DNA of 63,863 nucleotides from Catajapyx aquilonaris. Lineage: Eukaryota. Shown here in pieces: positions 12,213-28,261 of the stretch; the stretch's first letter is position 1, and each line of letters begins with the position of its first letter. Below the pieces are notes generated by a model, which worked only from the letters and a program-made list of their open reading frames with translations, ran no database searches and was not told the DNA's origin. The DNA lies in the NCBI GenBank assembly GCA_000934665.2, contig JYFJ02002046.1:1-63863 (forward strand), given 5' to 3'. The translations under genes were made by a program, and so were the position numbers.

Positions 12213-13803
12213 AACAACCCAACCGTAATTGGCCTAGAGAAAAAAAATATTTTTCAAAAAGACGACAATAATTGGCAATCACTGGGGGACCTAGCGGATA
12301 TTTTTGTTTGATTTCACTTGTCCAAAAAAACGACTTGCATATCTTGACTGAATTAACACAATTTCATGCTCCCGAATACAGTCAACATCTGCGTAATCTA
12401 CCTCACGAATCGTCACAAAATGAGCCATTCGACACAATCGTACACGCAACAAAAATTGGCCAAATTGCATATGTACCACCATCAATTAAATGTCCGTAAT
12501 GGCTTCATTGCACGTACTACATTATCAGACGTTGACTGTATGCATCGTCGTACGGCAGGTTCCGCTCGTAACATATTCCCTTACAATCCCATGTTACGAG
12601 CGAAACTTGCTGAAATAATTGTAACGTAACTTGTCGTACAACAACAGCCGATTCCGCTTGTGAAGTACCTCCCAAAATTTTTAATTACATTAGATCACCT
12701 AACAACGCAAAAAAATCAATTCACAAGCGGAATCCCCTGTCCTAATCAATGTATCCATAAAAAAAAGGTGGAAATCCTCTTCCATAGATCTGTAGCAGGA
12801 TATAATTATTTTCAAACAATAAAACTGGCAACCTTCTTCAAATAACATCGCAATCCAATATTACAGTTGTCGTTAATTAAATACCCGCACTGAAATTAAA
12901 AACTTTGGGGGGGCTTAAATAACGAGAAAATTAATTCGTCCATCATCTACTCTTTTTTTTTTCTCTCCTCTCGCCTTCATACTCTGCGATTCAAGTCCAT
13001 ACGCAGGCACAAATTCCGCCAATATTATCCCCATCGCATACGTCGGAAAAAAAAAGGCCAAGAGAACATAAGTTTCTCATGTCATTTTTTGTGTGTTTTA
13101 AATCTGCATAATTAACCCTTCGGAATTATTATTTCTGGTTGTGAAATACAGGGGGGGGGATGACAAAATCTTATAGCGGTGAGAAAAATAATATCGTCCG
13201 CAAGGCAACTGTTATTATTATTATTATTTTTTGGAAAAAGTACTTCGGAGGGGGGGAGGTTCGGAAGGGAAAAACTGGGGGGACACAGTCAACACCCAAA
13301 AAAAAAATCTCAACGGAAAAAAAACACTCCCTGCCAACACTCGCCACATTTGAAAAATTCACATTTTTTTTATAATCTTAAAAAAAAAAAAAAAAACGGC
13401 GTAACATCCAAACGAACTTGAACCTCGTACACAAAAACAAATTACACGAAAAGCACTGTTTTGCATTAAGCTTCTCATCAAACAAAAGAATTCAATTGGA
13501 GGGCAGGAGGTAGGATTTCGGAGGGCGGGGGGTTAAATTGTTAGCTTCGACCGCAATTGTTCTGTTGTCTTTTTCACCTCTCTCATCATTACGTCCTCAG
13601 GTTTTTCTCTTTTTTTTTCCTTTCAAAATAAAGTCGGTTGATATCACAGCACGTGGTGTGTCCCGTTCTACTTTTTTTTTTTCAGCTCGTTTCCTGTCGA
13701 TGGCGTCAGTTTTTTTTAAATCCGCCCGACTTGCACTCGCATCGCAAAAAAAAACAAACAACTTATTATGCATTGTTGTGTTGCGGATTTACTCTTCCCG
13801 TTC

Positions 13804-16424
<2,621 letters not shown>

Positions 16425-17264
16425 TTTCGGGAGGAAACCCCCAAAAAAATAATTTGTAGAGGACAAAAAATATCAAGTATTTGTCCTCCAGAAAATATTT
16501 TGTCGCCGCCTGAAATCCAAGATGGCGGACCTCGGACCGAAAGAAGCACAGCAGCTGCAACAAACACCCGGCTCTTTTTTGGTGGGTAACAGCTACTGAA
16601 ATCTAACGCGTTCAAGTAACTGTTACTTTTCAAAAAAAATAACCAGTTGATCAACATAATGCAACAGCTACTTTGAAGAAATAGCCAGTTGGTCACCGTA
16701 ATATAACAGCTACTTTGGGAAAATAGCCAGTTGGTCAACGTAATATAACAGCTACTCTGAAGATATAGTTAGTTGGTCAACATAATATAACGGCTACTTT
16801 GAAGAAATAGCCAGTTGGTCAACGTAATGTAACAGCTACTTTGAAGAAATAGCCAGTTGGTCAACGTAATGTAACAGCTACTTTGGGAAAACAGCCAGTT
16901 GGTCAACGTAATATAACAGCTACTCTGAAGATATAGCCAGTTGGTCAACGTAATGTAACAGCTACTTTGGGAAAATAGCCAGTTGGTCAACGTTATATAA
17001 CAGCTACTTTGAAGAAATAGCCAGTTGGCCAACGTAATATAACAGCTACTTTGGAGTAAATAGTCAGTTCCTGTGAGGTAATAATAACCGCTATAACTGC
17101 ATTGAAAATGGGTAACAGTTGCGCTATAAAAGGAATACGAATGGGGAGGAAAATATTTTTCCAAGATGGCGGATTGGAACATGGCGACTATTTCTTAAGG
17201 GAGACTTGAAATTTTTTATTCTTTGCTTTTCTGATCGTCTGGGGAGGTGGGGCAGGCAGGGAAA
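16425..17264. promoter_or_regulatory. Divergent (bidirectional) COPS2/CERT promoter region
   Basis: Head-to-head ATGs 840 bp apart; YY1-like CCAAGATGGCGG at 16517 and 17161. Confidence 0.7.
16590..17060. repeat. ~42 bp minisatellite, about 10 copies
   Basis: Tandem AATAGCCAGTTGGTCAACGTAAT(A/G)TAACAGCTACTTTG(AAG/GGA)A units. Confidence 0.92.
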
Positions 17265-20200
17265 ATGTCGGACGAGCAGAGCCCGAGCTACAGCGACGAG
17301 GAGGAGCTGGATGGGAACGGCGGAGGAGGGCTCGGGGGACACGGCGGAGGAGGGCTGCTGTCCCACGGCGGCGGTCCTTCGTCGCACCACCACCTCCACC
17401 AGCTCGTCTTCCCGGAGCTGTGCGGGACCCTGCACAAGTGGACCAACTACATCCACGGGTGGCAGGACAGGTACATCGTGCTGAGGGACGGGACGCTGTC
17501 CTACTACAAGTCGGAGCACGACCTGTCCTACGGATGCAGGGGGGCCATGAGCATCGCCAAGGCCACCGTCAAGGTATGGAGGGTCCCACCGCATTGACTA
17601 AAAGACGCTGACATACGCATCACATGGTAACGGCCACACAACGTCAGGCACGGCACACTTACCAAGCTGTTGACATAAGCATTGCGTAATAGTAATGTAC
17701 GCAGCAACATGGCACCGACAGTAACGAACAATACAAATGTAACAGCCGCATGATTCTGTGAACAGTACTCCGCTGTACTATGCCGTCAACATACTAAAAT
17801 AATAACCGGAATGGACATGCATTGTTGCCCAGACGGTACTGCAGTAACGAGTCGTACAGTGCCATTGAATCGAACGGCAATGATTTTTAAATTGGACGAC
17901 AGTAGTGAGAAAAATCATTATTCTGAGTCATGCACAATAACGTTGACATTGCTTTAAATCACCATTGGAACTATCACATTGATTGTAATCTGACAATAGC
18001 AATAAATAACAAGTCGTACCCAGTACTTTATAAATGTTCCGTCCGTCCGAAGGTATAATGCCCCACGACATTAACAGAAATTATGTTTCGTTGCATGAAA
18101 TAAAACATTGGGGACTATCACATTGATTGTAATCTGACGACAATGATTCAGAGCCAATAGAATGTTCCTTTTTGTGGAAATCAATCGAATGGCTGGATTA
18201 TCACGTGATGTAACTCTGAGGGTGGATTCATCAAATGTCGTAAGTCTTTCGTCGTAACCGTTTTGCAACCGCAGTACCGGTTACAATGAAAATTTGACTT
18301 ACGACATTTGGTGAATCCGCCCCCTGAGTCATAAGCTGAGACTTGGCGCATTTCCCATTGCTTCCCCAGTTAATTTCGTCGACATTAAGATGACCACGTT
18401 GATCGTAATCTGCGTCGCCGTGTGATGCCAGGGACGGCCAGTATAATCTGTTTTGGTCAGTCTCTCTTGTCTTTGCAGAGATAATCGCCGACCTTGATCC
18501 GTATAAATAGGGGACGATGGGCCTTAATTTGCTCTGAGTGCCCAGATATGCGGGTTGCGTAACATGGCTTTAATTTGGGAGGATCTAATTAAGCCTGGTT
18601 AGGTTCTGACGCTGTAATGAGGGGCTGTTGCGAATCACGTCCAGAAAAAAAAAAAACCCAAGAGTTTATGGTACGGACGCTATGTGCATGTAAAAGTACT
18701 TGTAGATTACATTAATTAAGTCATGTTGTTAGAGGCGGGGTTAACTCCGGTGTGGCCAAAAAAAAAGAATTTAATTTTATGAGGACAACATCCGCATCAA
18801 AAAATTATTTTCATGGAATAAATTGTGACTGACAAGGCCATCTTCTATGACAAATTAAGTAAACGTTGATTTTGCGATGTGTCATGTTGGCTGAGTAATT
18901 AACGTTAAAGTGCGTTTACATGTGAGCGATTTGATGAATCCAATTGTTTGGGGCGAAAGTAACAATCATGGTAACAATCGATTTTCGCCCCAAACAATTG
19001 GATTCGCCGCTCGATCAAATCGCTCACATGTAAACGCACCTTTAATTTTGTTCCCTTTATTGATTCGTTGATTGATTGATAAATTGTCCCCGTTATTTTT
19101 CCCAGCCACACGAGTTCGACGAGTGCCGTTTCGATGTCTCCATGAACGACTGCGTTTGGTACTTGAGGTGTGCAAGTCCAGAGGACAAGCAGCGTTGGGT
19201 CGAGTCACTGGAAGCGTACAAGGTAACAATTGCGTATAAAAATGAAATTCTTGACAAGACGCTAAAAATTTCCTTTGCTCTTTCCCCGACAGTCCGAGTC
19301 AGGATACGGGAGCGAGAACAACCTCCGTCGGCATGGAAGCGCCATCTCCCTCACCTCCAACACTCTCTCCACCGCCTCTTCCTCCAGCTTCAAAAAGGGA
19401 CATGGTACGTTACGAGAAAGCCAGTTGTATAGTTGGGAGGTTTCTAATGAGGCTGTACATTCGTGCACGTGCAGCATGAAGCCGCAATAATCACCATTGC
19501 GGAATAAGACTTGAAGCATACCACACATTGTGGCAATCAGTCGCTAATGAAACATCTGTTGCAGGATTAAATATGAAATGTGTAATGCTGCCGACGAAAA
19601 ATGAATCTTGTTTTTAAAACATTCGCGGCACCTTACGTCGACCGTGGAAGCTTAAATAATGTAAAAAAAATTAATGAGCTTTCCAAACCCACATTTTTTA
19701 GCATCTCCGTGAACAAGTAGGAAAGCCGTAAATTTTAATGCGAGTTACTAGAAACTTTTGTCACCCGAAAAATGTCATCGTACGCAGCAACAATTAGCAA
19801 TTCGTTAGTTATTCCCCTCATGCATGACTCGTTGCACCCTCAGGACTAATTTGCTTCATTCTCTAGCCGTCCGATGACAGTCAGAGGGACACAATGAGGC
19901 TATAGTCGGGGCTCCATTGTGTAAAGTCATTGCATGGAAACCTAACCAGGGGAGCTTTGTTAGCAGCAACAGATGTGCTGCAATTATTATTGCTGGGTGA
20001 CACATGCGTGTCATAAAACAGCATAATAATCACTCAGTTATATGAATGTTTTTCAAGTTTTTTTTTGCTACATTAAATTTAATGTAGCCATTCGTATGAC
20101 TCCAAACTTTCTGGCGATTTTATTTTCATTTTATCCCGGGTTGTTTTCCTCAGGCCTGCGTGAGAAGCTGGCGGAGATGGAGACCTTCAGGGACATCCTG

Positions 20201-23200
20201 TGCCGACAGGTGGATACTCTGCAGAGCTACTTCGACGCATGCACCGAAGCAGCTGCGGCCATCAGCGGCGGCGGCGGCTCCAACACTTGTACGTGTGCCA
20301 ATGGTGAGCCCGCCTGTCCTGAAGACGAGTGTCCGGAGCACGCGGACTATGTGCACCCACTCAAGAGCAAGCGTGAGTAACTTTGTGTTACGCCAGAGCG
20401 GTTAACATTCCGCTAATGCTTCAATTAGCTACACGTTATGTCTCCTTAATGCGCATGAGTGTACACATGGCTTAATTTTTATAATTCATCTTGATCCAAC
20501 TGCATACAAACAATATTGAGTTTTTATGCAGCTTTTTGAATCCTGTTTTCGTCTTAAGAGTATTTGTGAAGGGAGTTCATTGAAATTGTTTGGTGACGCC
20601 ATTGAGGCCACCAAGATAATGGCGTGATAAGGAAAGGGTCACATGCCATTTGGCCTCATGTTTAGATTATTATTCTTACCCCGGTCACATTTTTCGTAGA
20701 TAAACGTTGCCTCGAGGGGAGAGAATCATCTGGTGGGAATTTCTGTTCGCTTGTATATGCTAGGCGTCAGGTGTACCTTGCGATTGATCCAGATTACGGA
20801 GCGGATAAGAGTTGTTTACGTTCACGTTTGATAGTTTGAGGCAGTGCTTTTTAACAGGTCAACAAAAGGGAAAGCATGGTTCTTATCTTGTCGCGTTACA
20901 TCATCGTGGGATCGTAAATCGTAGTGTATCATGTGCTTTGCTATATTCGCACGATGTACATGATTTAAGGTCGAGTACATATGAAAATATTAGTGTGGAA
21001 AATGCAGAAGGGTTTTTCGAGAGGTCGTCTGTGGCTAAAATGAAAATTACAGCATTTATTATTTTAAAATACATGTGTATGTAATTAATCCCGAGAAAAC
21101 TTTACGCAGCATGCAAATAAGTTGATAAACGTAATTAAACAGTAGCTGTTTGCATTAACTTGTTTCGTGGCGATTGGCTCTTTAAATTTAATAGTCGTCA
21201 TAGATATGTCTGCTTACGAGTAATTTATACATAACCCCAACGTAAGATTTCTCCTGATTTTTTTACCCACCAGGTCTTCCCCCTCACGGTATAGTGACCA
21301 AAGAGTTGCTGCTCCAGCACGGCGTTCATGCGGTGGACTTCAAGGGAGAGGCCATAACGTTCAAGGCCACCACGGCTGGGATCCTGGCCACCCTGCAGCA
21401 TTGCATGGAACTTATGGGGCAGAGGGAGGAGGGCTGGAAGAGGAGGCTGGACAAGGAGGCCGAACGGAGGAAGAAGACTGAGGAGATGCTCCAGAGGGCA
21501 TTGCAGGCAAGATGGGTTTTGTAAAGAAAATTATAGCTTTCCGCAAGAAATGGAGCGAACATGTCGCATCCAGTCAGCAAAGTAAAGAATGGAAAAAAAT
21601 TTATCAGATTGAAATTACTGGTCGTCCTGTACGGAGGATGTTGCAATTGAAATGCACTTGGTGTAGCAAACAAAAGAGGACATTCCGACACGGCTGCAAA
21701 CAGGTATCCGCATGGATTCATATTCTACGGAAATACTTACTATGTTTAGTATGCCAAAATCCGCATCCTCTGGATCGCTGTCCATGTTCTTCGGAAGTCC
21801 CTTTTCTCAGCTATAATCTGAAGCACTGTCTCTTACGTTGGTTTTTCTTAAGTCTGACAAAGGGAAGTCCTGCAGCTGATGAAAGGTATGTTTCGGAAGG
21901 TAACGCATCAGCCATGCTCGCAGGTACGTACCTAACATGCTCCTAAAATCCAGCCGCACAGATGGTCATGCTTTTAGGAACATCCTAATGCCGCGTATTG
22001 TTGACACAAAATTTCAGTACCTAGCAACCTGTCAGTTAAGCCGTGTTTACATGTCATCGTTGCAACATCGCTGATCACATGTAAATGCAGCTGTATTGTA
22101 GATGTAACAATTATTCTAATTGATCAACATGGCTATTGTTATTGTTGCTTTTTTTTTGTTATGCAGGAAACAAAGCGTGCGCGACATGACGCAACCCATG
22201 TAGTTGTTGTTGGCGGTCCGGACTACGAGGAGGGACCCCATTCGGCCATAAAGGAGGATGAGTTCTTCGACGCTGTGGAGATGGGTCTGGACAAGATGGA
22301 CGAGGAGGCTGAGTTCCGGGATCGGCTCAAGTCACTTTCCTCCTCCAGCCGTTCCATCCTGCCACAGAGCAAGGCATCAACCCACGCCCTTTGGCCTGAA
22401 ATAGAGCGGGTGACAGTCCAGCAGTTGAGGTACGTCAGCTCTCCATGAACTGAATGCCCCCATTTTAATTTCATGTCGATTGCAGGTACGCCCGATTAGG
22501 AGTCGGAACAGGCGAGGATGGGGAGGAAGGAGTGTGGCAGCTGTTTGCGGAGGACGGGGAAATGCGGATGTACAAGCGGGAAGAAGAGATCAACGGGATG
22601 GTGGTGGACCCACTCAAAGCGGTGCATACCGTCAAGGGCGTTACGGGAAGGGAGATGTGCCACTACTTCTTCACCCCCGAAGTCCGCATGGAATGGGAGA
22701 GTGAGTATGATACGCTCTCATTTTTCCACAGCTTTTTACATGTATTGTTTATCCGTCTTTCCAGCGACTGTGGAGCAGGTGACGGTCCTGGAAACCCTGG
22801 CGGAGGACACTCTCTTGTTCTACCAGGTGCACAAGCGGGTCTGGCCTGCCTCTCAACGAGACTCTCTCTTCTGGTCGCACATACGTCGGGTGCCCAATGA
22901 CAAGGACGAGGATGCGCATGACATTTGGATTGTTTGCAACCAGTCCACGGACAGGCCCGAGGCTCCAGTGAGTATATCACTTTTTCTTTTGAAAATGTCA
23001 TTGTTACAACCCGTTACGAACATGGTACAAATTCCTCTTCTCTTTTTACAGTGCAATAGTGGAAAGTACGTTCGAGTGTTCCTGACCGTCTGCCTAGTGT
23101 GCCACACCTTCATCGACCCTCCGAAGGACGGGACTCCCATCGGAAGGGACGACCTCACCTGCAAGATCACCTACTGCTCCGTAGGTCAGTCACAAACGAT

Positions 23201-23385
23201 TGCTCGTTACGTACGATCCTTATTGCAAATTAACCTTCTTTTTTTCTCTCGACTCAGTGAACCCGGGCGGCTGGGCGCCTGCGTCCGTCCTGAGGGCAGT
23301 GTATAAAAGGGAGTACCCAAAGTTCCTGAAGCGCTTCACCCAGTATGTGATGGATCAGTGCAAAGACAAACCGATCCACTTCTGA
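17265..23385 (+). CDS. CERT1: Ceramide transfer protein (PH, SR motif, FFAT, START)
   Basis: Exons approx. 17265-17573, 19106-19222, 19292-19403, 20154-20372, 21274-21506, 22168-22429, 22486-22700, 22765-22967, 23052-23184, 23278-23385. PH motif [14 protein letters not shown] motif [46 protein letters not shown] motifs [25 protein letters not shown] and [27 protein letters not shown]. Confidence 0.96.
18220..18323. mobile_element. Harbinger-like MITE, family B
   Basis: TIR GGG(T/C)GGATTCA(T/C)CAAATGTCGTAAGTC at both ends, flanked by TGA on each side. Confidence 0.7.
18908..19041. mobile_element. PIF/Harbinger-like MITE, family A (near-perfect hairpin, TTA TSD)
   Basis: TIR A(A/G)GTGCGTTTACATGTGAGCGATTTGAT, internal inverted repeat GAATCCAATTGTTTGGGGCGAAA, and TTA at 18905-18907 and 19042-19044. 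Confidence 0.85.
22039..22092. mobile_element. Internally deleted remnant of MITE family A
   Basis: GTGTTTACATGT...GTTGCAACATCGCTGATCACATGTAAATGC shares ends with the elements at 6159 and 18908. Confidence 0.5.
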
Positions 23386-24494
23386 TCAAAAACGTTTTGT
23401 TTATTTTTCCGTTACCTATGCCAATAATAATTACTCTCCCAATTATTATTATTTTTTTCCATGTATGTCTCTCTCTCACACCTTTTTTTTTTCTACTCTT
23501 CAAGTGTCACCGGGGGAGATATACAGATATAAACGTTATTTTTGTTTCGATGTGATGGCAATTTTTTTGTTGTTTCGCGACTCAGTTATGTGACAGAGTG
23601 TTATATAATTATTATATTGTCGAAAAGAGATGGTACATATTTGTTTTTCCGGAGAAAGTGTCGGGAGGACTTTTTTTGTTTTTTCGTCTGGGAGTTGTGG
23701 TGTTTTATATCATTTAAAAAAATGTGTGTCAGGGACGTGTGAAGTTGCGCACAAAATATTGTTAATCGTTTTTTCTTTGGCCTTTTTGATAAAAGCTCGG
23801 GAAAAAATGTTTTTAAAAAGTGGCGGAGTTTAAAAAAAAAAAAAGCGGACAATAATGGAATGAAAGACTGAGCTCGGGTTTCAGATATAAAAATAATAAT
23901 AAAAAAAAGCACTGTATCATAATCATGTTCATATGCGATATGTGCACGTGTTGTTATATAACTTTTTTTTTTTCCAATGTAAGAAAAGGTGGTGTAATGT
24001 TTTTGCCAAGAGTAATGATTATATTCATATTACGAAAAAAATGTATTCCTATTGCCTGAAAAAAAAAAAATGGATTAAAGAAAAAAATATATGGGAGTCT
24101 TTTTTTTTAGTGCAAGTTATTTTTGGGTTTGCCTCACGTGTGTTGAGGTATTTTTGCGGGGTGTTGTACGTCACGCTAAATATAGTCATGGGGTTCATCG
24201 TTGGTTGCGAAGAATTTATTTTTCGAAGGTGTATCAGCCTCGGTTTGTGCCAAGAACGAAAAAGGTTGGCACAGTAAATCACTTGCAATGTACGTTACAA
24301 TTGTTTGCAAGTTTCCGATGGCATATGTTGTCTTTAAAAAAATTGTTGTGTATTTGTAATTTGCGGTACTGCTTGTATTGCCGGTTTAGTAGTGAAAAAG
24401 TTGGCTGCCCTCAGCCCACGTTCGTATGACATGCGGAGTTATATAAGCGGAGTGATTCAGTTTTTGGGTGGGTGTGGCATCCGGCTTCTCCGTC

Positions 24495-24526
24495 TGGAAC
24501 ATTCTCAAGAAGACCGGGTATAAATA
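24495..24526 (+). promoter_or_regulatory. Heat-shock element core plus TATA box of the small HSP gene
   Basis: GGAACATTCT (nGAAnnTTCn) about 15 bp upstream of TATAAATA (24519-24526); followed by a 5'UTR intron from GTAAGT (24607) to TGCAG (24678). Confidence 0.7.
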
Positions 24527-24679
24527 AAACCAGAGGGTTCCCAAATGGGGAAAGGCAGTCCTAAAACGAAGTTAGTTCGGAGAAGCAGACGATAACAAGT
24601 CTTACGAGTAAGTGAGGATTGTTGGTGTTGAATTGTCATTGTCGAATTGAACTAATTGAATATGTTTTTCCGTGCAGAA

Positions 24680-25863
24680 ATGAGCATGATCCCAATGCGT
24701 TTCCGTGACTGGTGGGAGGATTTTGATCGTCCGATGAAGATATGCGACCAGCATTTCGGACTCGGTTTGCGTTCGGACGATTTGATCCATCCGATGTCGA
24801 TGTCCCACTCTCCGTCCTACTACAGGCCATGGAGGAGCTTAACCAGACCCACGATCACCAGCGGAACCTCCACTGTTCAGGCGGACAAGGAAAAGTTCCA
24901 GGTACCCATTTTTTCCTACATTAGCTCCAAACATTGTGTGACATATCGGCAGTGCGACTGTGCCATTGCGAAATATTTAAAACTGGAATCCAGGATCCGC
25001 CCCAATCCTTTCAGGTGATGCTGGACGTCCAGCAGTTCAATCCGGATGAGATCACGGTTAAGACGGTGGACAACTACGTGGTGATTGAGGGCAAGCATGA
25101 GGAGAAGCCGGACGAGCATGGGTTCATCACAAGGCATTTCGTCAGGAGGTACATGCTTCCCTCGGATGTCGTCCCGGAGACTGTCACCTCTTCGCTTTCC
25201 TCCGACGGCGTGCTTACAATCACCGGACCAAAGAAGGTTTGTTCTCATGTTTTTAATCAGTCGAATATGCTCGTCCGCAGTTTTATTACGTAAAAATGTC
25301 TGCATCATCGCCCCTCGGTTAGCCATAGTTGACGGATACACGATTGGCAATTACATGGGATTTTTGTGCTGAATTTACGAGTCAGATGTGCTTGGTAAAC
25401 ACTGCGTCAACAAGTAAAAAAAGAATTAGTCTGTGAATTACAGACCGTAATATCTCATGATGGGATGCAGGAAAGATTTTACGTTGATGAAAAACGTCTC
25501 TTCATGTATTGCTTACAACATGTGAAGTAATGAGCAAAAAGATGTTTTTCTCTTGGGTAATGCGATAATGAGAAGTAATTCATTAGAATAATATTTAAAA
25601 GGTGTACACACATGAAGAAGGTTGCAGTAAATTGTGAAGCAAGAGTTGCTTCTGTTACGTAACTTGTTAATTATTGTTGGGGTACAATTGTGCACATGTT
25701 TTTTGGCAGCGATTTATTACTATGCGACTAATTACAGCCGGTGGAGCCTCCGAAGCCCAACGAGCGGGTGGTGCCAATCCAGCACACTGGCCTTCCCGCC
25801 GTGAATGCCTCTGCCGCCAAGAGCCCCATCGGCGAGAAGATCGTTGAGGTCAAGCAGGAATAA
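24680..25863 (+). CDS. l(2)efl: Small heat-shock protein (alpha-crystallin domain), l(2)efl-like
   Basis: Exons 24680-24901, 25015-25236, 25738-25863. Motifs FRDWWEDFDRP..DQHFGLGL, YYRPWR, FQVMLDVQQFNPDEITVK, EGKHEEKPDEHGFITRHFVRRY, SSLSSDGVLTI and the C-terminal ERVVPIQHTG. Confidence 0.92.
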
Positions 25864-26288
25864 CGAGCATTTAATATTTTTCTACCGTAAAATTTGAGGA
25901 AAAAAAAACATGTTAATTTTTATCACTTATTCAGACTGAAAAAAAAATGCATTGATAATAAAATTGAGGATCTCAAATTTTGAGTCTTTATTTTTTTTGG
26001 CTTTATAAGTTGCATTGTATGCTGTTACTAATATTGTTTAATAAGCAATTTATACTGAAAAATGTGCAAAATTTTTGCACTCATCGGTGGCTTGTAACTC
26101 AATTAAACGCAAATAAACTGAGGCTAAAATAATTCTAATCAACTCAAATAAAATAAAATCACTTGAACTCTGTGAAACTCAAAACTCAATATTGAACTAA
26201 ACTCAAATATGAAATAAGTGAACTGTAAATAAACTGAATTAAACTCAAATTATTCAAATAAGCTCAAATTATTTCAACTGAATTAGCT

Positions 26289-26493
26289 TCTATATAAATA
26301 AAGCCGTTTGTGATCTGTCTGTCTGGAACGCCAACCATCATTTGCCTGCCATCTGTGGTCCGCCTCCTACACCTCCAACATCTCCCGTCATTCCTTTAAT
26401 TAAGATTCTTAATTACACGTATACTTTTTTGCCTGTCCTTTTCAGCTTGCTTTCCATTCACTTCTTCCCGAGCAAGCCGGGTATTGCAGCTAG
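26289..26493 (+). mobile_element. Non-autonomous Helitron-like element
   Basis: Starts TCTATATAAATAAAG, has a CTGT microrepeat, a subterminal hairpin CCCGAGCAAGCCGGG (26467-26481) and a CTAG|T 3' end; it interrupts an AAACTCAA-rich tract. Confidence 0.7.
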
Positions 26494-26999
26494 TACTCAA
26501 ATAATTCCCATAAACTCAAATAATGTAAACAGAAATAAAATATCAAACTGCATGAAGCTTAAATAAACTCAATTAAACTTGAACCAAAAATAATTAAAAT
26601 AAACAATTGAAATAACGTGAAGCTCAAACGAACTCAAACTTAATCTGAAATAAGTTAAATGAACTATAAAGTCATATAAGTTGATGTGCCTTATATAATC
26701 TCAATGAACTTAATTAAACGCAGACTTAATGAAACTAAAATAATTCTAAACAACTTATTAGTCATACAAACTGGAGTATACGGTACCCACGGTACCTAAA
26801 ATAATCTCAATTCACGAAATTAAACTTAAAATAATCCAAAAGAACAAGTGTCATATAAACCGAAGTACCTAAAATAAATTGTAGTGAACTCAAATAAATC
26901 ATGTAGACACAAAAAATTAAAAAATTAATCAACTCTTACACCGCGAAACTCAATTAAACTCAAAAAAATAACTCACGACGTTCCTTCAAATCGCGATTC

Positions 27000-27282
27000 A
27001 GCACACAAAGTAGCCGCTATTTATCGCCATTTTCGCAATAGCCGTTATTCTCATCCAGCAGCGACGCTTAGTGCTATATTTTACCGCACCTGCGCAGTAG
27101 CTCCCTATTTTTTTTTCGATTTTCATCTCTCTTTTTTTTTTCCAAGATGTCTGCGCGCAGAGGGTGTTGAAGTGACTAGGTGAATGTGAATCATGGGATT
27201 CAGAGTGGTTCGTGGCCCCTCTTGGTCGTAGCCACCGACACAGGGGGACAAGGACTTGCACAGCACAGCCCAGGACCCAACC
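27000..27282 (+). promoter_or_regulatory. Putative HMGCR promoter and non-coding first exon
   Basis: Sharp GC rise after AT-rich DNA, YY1-like CGCCATTTT (27025), CCAAGATGTC, and donor GTGAGT at 27283. The HMGCR ATG exon is preceded by an acceptor (TTTTGAAG, 37845), so an upstream exon is expected. Confidence 0.45.
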
Positions 27283-28261
27283 TGTGAGTGTTAACCATTG
27301 CAGACACACGTTCACAGCAGGCCCGGGCTGTACACACTATACATGATACAGGAAGAGAAATCAGGTCAAACCCTTAGCTGGTTGGGGGGTGCAGCTCCTC
27401 TTCTCCTTATTTTTTAAAATTTCCCTTCTGGTTGCCCCTGAGGTCAAAAGCCCCTTCGATGGGGGATGGAGGGAGGGGTGTTGAGGGACAAGAAAAAATC
27501 AACAATTTTTAACACAAATTTTGGGAGGATTTTTGTTACCGTGCGGAAGTCCTTTTATTGGAGAGAGAGAGAGAGAGATCACCGCTTCCAAACAAAAAAA
27601 AAAGTAGGTTGGGACATGTGCGTGGGGGGGTTATTATTTGCATAATTGTGGGAAAGTGGTCCGTTTTGGAGGGGGGTGGGGTTTTGCAACCAGTACGTTG
27701 CATGCTGGACGGACACCACCGGGTTGTTTCCCCAGGAGGACCCCGTCCTAAGAGGCCGTGTCTTATGGTGAGTCCACTGACATCGAAGGAGACTAATTTT
27801 TGGAATTATACTGCAAACTGTAGGCTGAAATGATGATGATAATAATAATACTGTTATATTGCAATAATAATACAAAAAAAAAGTGATGTAATAATAACAG
27901 TGTATTAATAATACATTTTTCCAAATTAATATTGCTGTAATTACAAGAAATAATTACAATATACTGTGTATTGAATCATAATAATTATTAATAACGTTTC
28001 GTTTATTTTTAAACAATAATGTATATGGTGACGTACTTTGATAGTATTATTGCTGCAATAATGCTGCCGTAATACTGTAATAATAATACTGTACTAATAT
28101 ATTACTGGCATAAAAATACTGTAAAAATAATGCATTTTCTCAAATTAATATTGCTCTAAATACCTGTAATTATAATAAACACTTATAATGAAATATATAT
28201 TATATAATACTGAGAAATAGTAGGCTACTGGAATAATATATTACTGTATATGATACTTAAA

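Noticed and set aside
16590..17182. 137 aa repetitive ORF (SSCYITLTNWLF)n
   Set aside because: It is a translation of the minisatellite in a promoter region, with no splice or homology support.
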